From NCBI GenBank assembly GCA_003568945.1, contig BDIP01000026.1:7752-42846 (forward strand): a DNA stretch of 35,095 nt, given 5' to 3'. Below the pieces are notes generated by a model. The model saw nothing but the letters and a program-made list of their open reading frames with translations. It had not been told where the DNA came from and did no database searches. The translations under genes were made by a program, and so were the position numbers. Of the stretch, positions 27,201 to 35,095 are shown piece after piece. The DNA is from Kipferlia bialata. Its lineage: Eukaryota. Each line of letters begins with the position of its first letter. Position 1 is the first letter of the stretch.

Positions 27201-30200
27201 AGACGCCCCTGTCGCCGTAGGACCCGATACCCTATACGGGTACACTCTCTTCACTACCCAGGACTATACCACTATGGAGGCAACCTATGGTACCTACCTC
27301 TTCTGCACCGAAGTAGAGGTAGAGTTTGGACAGTATCCCCGTCTGTCTGGACTCTTATCCTTAGAGACTAAGCAAGGGTCTCCAAGTCTGCTCACCGGAG
27401 CCACCATAACCCATATCCCTCGCTATGAGAGCATTGAGAGTAACATAGTCGATGTCACTGTATATGCTAACCAGGGAGCATTCAGAGAGGGTGAGGCCGG
27501 AGAGTTGGTGTTTGAGATTGACCTGTCGGGTACTGTATCAGAGCTATCAACCCTCTTTGACAGTCTGTACTATGTGCCTGAGGATGGCTACTCTGGAGAG
27601 GATAGTATCCATGTCCACGTAGCAGACACAGCCTTAGGGTCTAGCACTGACTCTACCATCAGTGTCACTGTTTTACGGTCTCCACAACCACCGACTCTAG
27701 AGACCTATGATACTCTCTACATTCCAGTTGATAGTGCCTTCTACCTACTGCCTGTCCTTGCATCAGTCGAGGATGATAGTGAGTTTGAAGTCTCGGTCAC
27801 GGTTCCCAACTATGTCCAGACCTCAGAGGCATTTGCGGGTGGCGACGTGACTTCCAGTGTTGTCAGTAGCCTGGGTATCGCTGTTACTGTCGGTGCTGAT
27901 TATACCCCTAACACAACGATGACACCCACCAACACGGAGTATGTACTTCGTGGTGACCTCGCCTCTGTCACTGGATTCATGGAGTCCTTCCTTGTCACAG
28001 TGTATACAGCTGTCATAACTGTCACAGACGATGACCTCGTAGATGCAGATATCAGGATAGACGTGCATGTCTCTGATATCACCAACGATATGGATGTGGA
28101 GGCCACAGTTGCTGTCAAGCTATCATCGAGTAGCGTCAACGACATTGCTGTGTTTAGCTCAGACTTCAGCCACTTCACTCTTACACGGTCCGGGTTCAGC
28201 CTCCAGAGCGCTGGACAGCTCCCATGTTCTGACCTGTTTGTGGATGCTGAGACAACGCTTGGCTCCACAGCTATATGTATGGGCACCTCATCTACCGTCT
28301 CTAGCCAGGTGTCAGGTGCTGAGATCACAGTGGTATTTGGAGTCAATTCCACTCCTCGCTTCTCATACACGCTGAGTGACTCTCTGCCCGTTGCTGCTCA
28401 GTCAGCTGAGTATGGCTCTGTACCTGTGTACGGAACACTCTTACAGGGCGAGACTATAATCGTCTCTCCACCTCTATCCTACACGGATATCGATGCCCAT
28501 ATCTATGGCCCCACTACCGTAGTTTCTGGGGATGTCACCTACAATGGCGAGACCTCCCACTCTACTAGTAGAGTGACCATATACTATGAGTGGAGCATCA
28601 GCAACACAGACAACCCGATGCTCTCACCCAACACTGAGGGTCTGACACTGGATGGTCCAACTCTCTCCTTCGACATCCTATCTGTACTCAGAGCTGGATA
28701 CTCCTACACGCTCACCCTGCGTGTTACCAACTACCTCGACCAGGTTGCAGAGACCTCAGTGAGTGTTGACGTGCGTGACAATGTGCCTCCCATCCTACAT
28801 ATGGAGGCTGGTAACAACGTGGTCGTGTCAGATAGCTCTAGGTTACTGAGAGTGACAGTGACACACAGTGAGTATGCCATAGTCAGTGGATTGGACTATA
28901 CATGGGGATGTGCCGGACCTGACTGTACAGCGATACAGGCAGCCTTCGCCAACAAGCCCTACCTCACCCTCCCTGTTCTCACAGAGGGCAGTGTTCACAC
29001 GATATCAGTCTCTGCCGAGTACAGTGGGTCCCCAGAGAGTGGGGCAGGTTCAGCCTACACGACTGTGACAAGACCCTACTCGTCTCCAGTGGCGTGTATA
29101 GAGACATCATCCTCTGCCGTGTCTATCGGCTCCACTTTTACTGTATCTGCTGAGTGCTCTCAGTATGCAGACGGGTATGAGTGGATGGTGCCAGAAGCAT
29201 TCACACTCACTTCCGGCACCATTTGGAACCAGAGTCTCTCTCTTCTTGTCAATGACTCTGACTTGGATGAGTTCTCTACAACTGTGACCCTGATTGCATG
29301 GCGTATAGTCGATGGTGAGACCCTCTACTCAAGCGACGCCATGGAGATTACAGTCTTCCAAGATGTGGTACCCACCGTCTCTGTGGCTCTTGTCTCAACC
29401 TACGCGATTGTCTCTGACGTGATTGCAATGCAGGGGACAGTGTCTGCCGAGGACGGGTATGAGTGTGAGTGGAGTCAGACTGGAGGAGAGGACCTGGACT
29501 TCGATAACCGCCGTACTTTCCTATCCGAGACCACCCGTGGTCTTACCCTGTGCCTATCGCCAGGTGTCCTCCTACCCGTCAGTGAGTATGCCTTCACACT
29601 CACATGTACAGACACAACGGGCACTGCGTCATCTACTGTCACATTCACAACACACTGTGGTCCTAGCTCCGGACAGATTACGCTGTCCACTCTCAGTCTC
29701 TACACAGATGAGTACCTGTATATCACAGCCTCAGACTGGGTAGTTAGCAGCGGGTTTGGCCCACTTTCCTACACGTTTACTGCTCGGTTTGTCGAAGATG
29801 ACGTCGTTGGAGAGTACTACAGTATCCGCACAGCGAGTAACACACCGACTTACTCTGTGACCAACCTGCCAAGTGGCACATTACAAATGGGTGTGACTGT
29901 GACAGATAGTGTAGGTGGCAAGACCCACTTCGACTACCCGGACTATGTCACCGTGACAAGTCGGGAGGATGCCACAATCGAGACGTATCTGGATGGTGCT
30001 AGGGCCTCTATTGAGGTGTCGGGGCACACTGGGGATATCCAGGAGGCCGTGACAACAATCGGTCTTGCCTCCTACCAAGTGTTCCTGTCTGGGTCTGAGG
30101 ATACCCAGGCACACCAGAACGCTCTCATTGGGGCGTTGGTCTCCTTGGACAGAGATGATCTGCTGGTATGTCTGTGCCTATTTCCTCACGCTTTCCTTTA

Positions 30201-33200
30201 AGTAACTATGTTACTGTCTCATGTCTCATTTACGCCTGTCATTAACATTCAGCTCATTGACGATGTCCAGACAAGCACTGCTGGCACCCTTTACTTAGCC
30301 ACCCAAGGTTCCACCATGGATGACCTGGCTACTCTCTCAGAGGTCGGAGAGCTACTCACCCACCTCTCCACCAGTGCCACTGCTCCAGTGTCATCACCAC
30401 AGTACCTCTCTAGTGTACTATCAGCAGCAGACAACGTGTTCTCAGTGGCAATGGGCGGGACACCTGCCACTCTCTCCGATACCGACACTGAGACGGATAT
30501 CGACTCCGATCTTGCAGTCCCAGTAGCAGAGAGTGTGTTCACCAGTGTCAGTAGCCTGGCCAAGAATCTGTCGAGTACTATGTATGCAGGTGTGTATCTC
30601 CTTCTCAATACTGATATCTCACTCTCGCGTAGCTAACCTTAGGACAGAAGGCACATCAGGAGCGTGGCTCTAGTGTGTCTTTCCTCGCCAAGAAGTTTGC
30701 TGAGGATGGCAACTCTCACTCAATTGGCAGTAGCAAGGATGGGGGTACAGAGTACACTCTTCCCAGTGGAATTTCAGATTCCTTGGGTGTTAGTGGGGAT
30801 CTTGGCGTAGCTGTGGTGGAGATGGAGCAGCCCTACCTCTCTGGCAACTCCACAACGTTCTACTCCGGCATGACGTCTATAGTTCTACTCGATGATGCTG
30901 AGGAGGTTGAGGTTAACGACCTGGACACCCCTGTGACCATCAAGATACCCCTTACATCCCTGCCTGATTTGGAAGAGTGCACCAACCTCAATGCTACACT
31001 GTTAGTCAAGGCCTGGGATGGAGAGGCCTGGAGTGAGACGGGTATCACCACAATGGAGTGGGATGGAGTGTCAGAGTACCTGACTGCCGAGACTGTCCAC
31101 TTCACTAGCTTCACTGCGTTCTTCCACCAGTACGGCATCCACGTCAACGTCATCGACCCGGGTATGACGATGAATACTACACGACACATTACTAATGTAA
31201 TTGTCAACTTACCCCAGATGATATACCAGAGCTGTTGCAGACTGTTGAGAACAATTACATGCCACTCATGATACTTGGCGGCTGTCTCAGTATGTACATT
31301 GGACTCATGATTGCCATACACCTCGGCAGTACACAGGTAAGTACACTTAGTAGAAGAAATGAGAACAGATTTTCCATTCAGGTGCAAGTGATTGGTATCA
31401 GTAAGCCAACTCTCATTCCCAGGATAAGGTCAACAACTGGTTCTCTTACGCTGTGACCGGACCATTGGGGCACTTAATCTTCAAGACTAGGAAGGAGAAG
31501 GATACATCGGCTCCAAATGGAGGTATCATGTAATATCTATTGGGTCTCAAATAATTATACAACGGTGTCTAACTACAGAACCTGCCAACATCTTCAATGG
31601 CACCTTCCAGGATGACGAGTGGGAACTGCAACCGAGGGAAGCGAGGGTGAAGCCTAGCCTCAAGGTGAGATTCAGATTCAGTATCCGTGCTCATATGCCT
31701 ACCTGTATCAATACCCCTATTTAACTGATAACCCAGGTCAGAGAAGTCTCGATGCAGACCCCTAGGACTCCGCTGGAGGAGAACTCACCAGGTACACACA
31801 CTGCTACAAGGACACTGAATGTATACTTGACATCGATACCCATCATCTTTTGAGATCTATGCTGACCCCTAAAGGCATGGTTGAGTTCTCTCTGTCCGAG
31901 TCTGAGAGTGAGGGTAGCCTCAGGGCCAACACCCCAGAGGACGATGTTGACCATCGCCACGATGCCCTGCCTGCACAGGATACGGACAGGACCACATTCT
32001 TCGCCAGTCCTTGTCTTAGGTAGTATAGTGCCCACACTATACTCCTACACCACGTACAAATTTACCTAATGGGTACTACATACTAGCACTAATATATGAA
32101 TCATCAATATATGTATGTGTGTGTAAGTATATACTCATACATACTAACCCCCCAGGACTAGTAGCACAGAGTCTGATGACGCTGTCACCCCTACTGCTAA
32201 GGAGGCAAAGCAGCCTGAGAGCGAGCCACAAGGACCCATCGATATCAACATTGTGTCACAGTCATTCAGTGTCAGGTGTAGGTTTCTGATCCATGGACAT
32301 CTCTATTCTAACCTTGCATGTCGCTTCTCATGTAATACTGCTGGATTTTATTTGAATTCTGTGCTGTGTTGTCTCACTATCAGGTTCAATGAGCTACCCG
32401 ATGGTCAGCGTGCCCATGACCCCAACGCACTGGACCTGGCAGAGATACACACACAGAGAGACATTATGCAGAAGGTACATTAATAATATATGTATATATA
32501 TATACATATGTGTGTGTGTGTGTGTGTGAATATTTATATATAATAGGAACGCGATTCCACCACACTCACTAACCCGAAGGTCCAGATGATCCAGGATGGA
32601 GAGACCCTCTCCACAACTACTCTATTTGGGAGGCGTCTCTTCACTAACCTACTGGAGAAGCACGAATTGGTGTCCATGATGTATGCAAAGTCATGCAAGG
32701 GTGAGTATATATACTACACGATAGTAGCGTTACCTACATGATACCTCTGACATCCAGGTAACATGACTGCCGGCCGCCGTCTGACATCCTTTGTCGTCTT
32801 TGTCATCTCTCTCTTCCTCGCCAGTGCCGTCTTCTTCAGAGTCGATTGCGAACAGGGGTAAGTCTGTACCTTCTACGCTATAGTTAGCACCTACGCGGTT
32901 GGATATGCCGGTGTCTAACAACAGTGTGGCTAGACCTGGGGAGGAGGGTCTGACAGTGGATGAGGTGGTGTGTGTGCCATACACATGGAAGCAGACGCTG
33001 CTGATTGGAGTGGCAACAACAATAATAGGTACCATGTAAATACCACTACTCCTATACCAATATCGATATTAAACAGCACACCAATTTGTCTGACAGCAAT
33101 TGTGACAAAGAGATATACTGACTGCCAGCTCTTCCCCCTGCCGCTCTCCTGAGGTTCCTCTTCTCCCACACCCTGCCCATAGGACAGACCAAGGAGGTAT

Positions 33201-34342
33201 GTATACAATATATACAATACATACTCTGATTCATATGATCACTTATATTACATTTGCTCAAGAATAGAGTTACTACGTTAGACTACGTATACTATACTAC
33301 TGACCAGAGGCCAAGTCCCTGGCGAATTGTCAAAACATAGCAAGTATACATTGCTTTCTATATATACTTATGTCATTCTAACCCCAGGCCAAGTGCCTGA
33401 CCAAGCGGGATTCTCAGAAGAGGCGCTGGTTCCAGAGGGTTATCATCAGGGTGAGTGAGTGCATGTCTCTTAGTACCTGTCACTCGACCAAGAGCGTTTG
33501 TAATATATGTTTACCCTAGGTCCTCAGTCTGGAGCTTCGTGCTGCCTGGGCCTTTGTCTGGTATGCGCTGGCATTCATGTGCATCATAGGTGATCCAATT
33601 TGTATTGTATAGTTGTATTTGTATAGTTCTTCTGTATGATATAGGTACTTGCTTATCTTCCTTGTATTCACCAGATACTAGCATTCCTGTGCATCGCAAG
33701 TAAAGTACACGTCTATATATACATTATAGAGTCAGATTCACGCTCTTATTATATACACCTCGCTCTTACTCCCAGGTGGCTCCTTTATGGTCATCCTCTA
33801 CAGCTCCAAGTTCGCACAGGAGGTAAGGAGTGAGGTTCTATATATACATGATCTGTCTCATATTATGTCGTCACCATATGCTGGAATAGATACACACACT
33901 TATCCTAGGTCGGCAGACACTGGCTGGTGGCCAACGTTGTGTCAGTTCTGCAGGACACACTGATCAATGAGGTGAGTGATAGTGTTAGCGGCTGAGACAG
34001 GAATAACTTCTTATATACGAGTAGACATACAGTAGAGCCTATATGTGTGTCTAACACGCAGTCAATCAAGCTAGTGGGTCAAACCCTCTTCACCATGTAT
34101 ATTCATACATAAGTATTCAAATCTATATATATCGAAGTATTTAGTTCTGTCACCCCCAGCCCATCAAGCAGGTAGGTCAGACCCTATATTTTTGCCCTAT
34201 GTACACTATATATAAGAATAGTGTATCCACTCACCTTCAGCCCATCAAGCTAGTGGGCCAGACCCTCTTCACCCTCTTTGTGGCCAAGTGGCAGATACTG
34301 CCCGGGGTCTTTGGGTTCCTCATGGACGTCGGTTTCCTCTAG
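8752..34342 (+). CDS. Giant polycystin-1/REJ-like (Ig repeats-EGF-REJ-GPS-multi-TM) cell-surface protein, 5'-partial, roughly 6,500 aa, about 40 introns
   Basis: A continuous phase-compatible chain of exons can be traced: about 22 small exons in 8752-14740, giant exons 14821-22956 and 23030-30165, then 18 small exons ending PIKLVGQTLFTLFVAKWQILPGVFGFLMDVGFL-TAG (34340-34342). Contains a REJ-like region, a GPS (WSETG...HFTSF) and PKD1-type TM motifs (HELVSM...RRLT; LLIGVATTIIALPPAALLRFLF; VILYSSKF...WL...EPIK). No start codon or signal peptide is visible after the gap. Confidence 0.8.
9700..10040 (+). repeat. About 90-bp degenerate tandem repeat (4 copies) spanning a 3' splice site and exon start
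   Basis: cag|gccgtggcattgggtct-like units at 9722, 9816, 9902 and 9995. The last copy is the start of the coding exon AVALGLDPHSVSYTYD. Confidence 0.85.
10636..10671 (+). repeat. (AT)n intronic microsatellite
   Basis: Directly visible, just upstream of the acceptor at 10682. Other intronic microsatellites lie at 12241-12270 (TC) and 32490-32528 (TA/TG). Confidence 0.9.
11143..11630 (+). repeat. 111-bp tandem repeat (4 copies of the exon-end part plus a degenerate fifth) spanning an exon 3' end and 5' splice site
   Basis: atggagtggc(a/g)gtgga(g/a)gagttc recurs at 11151, 11262, 11373 and 11484, degenerate at 11600. GAG|GTAT donors at 11189, 11300, 11411 and 11522. Confidence 0.92.
14821..22600 (+). 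repeat. Array of 24 Ig-like (filamin/invasin-like) domains of about 105-112 aa, arranged as a four-domain super-repeat
   Basis: Recurrent AG-x-L-x-A-x-L/V-x-D-x-Y/C-G-N ... G-x-Y-T-L-x-L-x-V-D-G motif. D-x-C-x-N recurs at 14895, 16164, 17496, 18804, 20124 and 21405 (spacing 423-444 aa). Confidence 0.85.
22886..23050 (+). other. EGF-like domain split by intron 22957-23029
   Basis: CSCGDHGECLSYSDDASQCECHP|GWDGREC is completed only by splicing. A second EGF-like motif, CGTQCNSGICVLESGETVCMCPAQYFDPYC, lies at about 25252-25341. Confidence 0.8.
28480..29960 (+). other. REJ (receptor for egg jelly)-like module
   Basis: Motifs YYEWSIS, YSYTLTLRVTNYL, LDYTWGC, LCLSPGVLLPVSEYAFTLTCTD, GPSSGQITLS, ITASDW...PLSYTF, located upstream of the GPS as in PKD1/REJ-family proteins. 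Confidence 0.7.
30999..31124 (+). other. GPS motif (C-terminal part of the GAIN domain)
   Basis: LLVKAWDGEAWSETGITTMEWDGVSEYLTAETVHFTSFTAFF has conserved W, WSxxG and H-F-T-S-F. It is preceded by the GAIN-like EVNDLDTPVTIKIP and followed by a hydrophobic TM segment in exon 31218-31336. Confidence 0.8.
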
Positions 34343-34479
34343 AGAGAGACTCAATCTCCTATCTTTAGAGGCACTCTGGGTAGACGTCATTTCTCCAACC
34401 AGACATGTTTTGGATGTCGGATACCTCTAGAGAACCTCGGTTTGAGGTCCTCAAGGATGTCTCCGATATCTCACAACAC

Positions 34480-34493
34480 ATTCAATAGACACC
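34480..34493 (+). promoter_or_regulatory. Candidate polyadenylation signal ATTCAATAGACACC
   Basis: 138 nt after the TAG at 34342; identical to 5406-5419. Confidence 0.45.
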
Positions 34494-34786
34494 TTTTCTA
34501 CTACATGTGAGTACATTCCACAGAGAGAGAAGAAAGAGTTCACCGTGCCCACCATTCTTCATACCTCACTGACTGAGAGGGAATACGAGACGAATGACAC
34601 TTTACCCACACTTGTGCGGCCAACTGACCTTCTTGCAATTTTGCCAAACAAAAGGGTTCACTACAATAATCGTTTTCTCCAAAGATATGATAGGACGTAT
34701 CTCTCCAGTCCCCTGATCTCCATCTTCTGTACACCTGGACGAAAGGACTCTCATCCACACCTACGGCCCAACCTACCGTATCCATA

Positions 34787-34928
34787 ATGGCACGCAAACC
34801 TCCCCCTCCCGATCGTCTCCTGGCCTCTGGTCTTCCTGCCTCTCTGTGGGATGAGACCTTCCCCAGTCTGGATGCACTGCTAGAGTGTATGAATGCAGCG
34901 ACATGTGGGGACTGGCGACGCACAGGAG
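34787..34928 (+). CDS. Probable first exon of a hypothetical protein gene, 3'-partial
   Basis: ATG at 34787 opens MARKPPPPDRLLASGLPASLWDETFPSLDALLECMNAATCGDWRRTG and ends at donor g|gtagga (34929). The following AT/GA-rich intron-like sequence contains a duplicate of the exon end. Confidence 0.5.
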
Positions 34929-35095
34929 GTAGGATATGTTTGTATAGAGAGAGAGAGAGAGAGAGAGAGCATGTAGCTACATGTGGGGACTGGCGACGAA
35001 CAGCAGGTATGGTACAAGTGCACTTACTCATATACATATGGTACCCATCCCCCCCCCCCCCCCCCCCCCCCCCCCAGCCCCCCACCCCCCACACC

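Noticed and set aside
14793..30201. Treating the 2750-aa and 2367-aa ORFs as two bacterial adhesin genes or a horizontally acquired island
   Set aside because: A GT-AG intron joins them and completes an EGF domain, and both ends continue into spliced exons.
34787..34928. Faint resemblance of ETFPSLDALLECMN to FAR1/MULE-type DNA-binding domains
   Set aside because: Too short and too weak to support a transposon or domain call.
34540..35094. 184-aa minus-strand ORF
   Set aside because: It runs through poly-G and (CT)n tracts; the plus-strand exon at 34787 explains the region better.
1..35095. Alternative genetic code (TAA/TAG read as Gln, as in hexamitid diplomonads)
   Set aside because: Multi-kb exons contain no in-frame TAA/TAG, and the giant gene appears to end at TAG.

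Overview
Eukaryotic, intron-rich genomic DNA in the standard genetic code, most likely from a protist. Introns have a branch point (CTAAC/CTGAC/CTCAC) only a few nt upstream of the AG, which suggests a metamonad or fornicate such as Kipferlia (inference only). Manual splice reconstruction gives five genes. (1) A 5'-partial Ulp1/SENP-type (peptidase C48) SUMO protease on + (55-5177), whose catalytic triad is split by very large acidic insertions. (2) A convergent 3-exon coiled-coil hypothetical gene on - (5561-7476). (3) The first three small exons of a sacsin-like GHKL gene on + (7692-8167), essentially missed by the ORF track and cut by an N gap (8239-8609). (4) A giant polycystin-1/REJ-like surface receptor on + (8752-34342), roughly 6,500 aa and about 40 introns: about 30 'DxYGN' Ig-like domains in a 4-domain super-repeat, EGF, cadherin-like and REJ modules, a cysteine-less GPS and about 5 TM segments, with no recognisable PLAT or channel domain. 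(5) A probable first exon of another + gene (34787-34928). Notable non-coding structure: many introns carry degenerate tandem copies of the adjacent exon boundary, 15 kb of the giant gene has only one intron between two intron-dense ends, and an AATAGA motif lies downstream of all three complete 3' ends. All family calls come from motif recognition by eye, not database searches.
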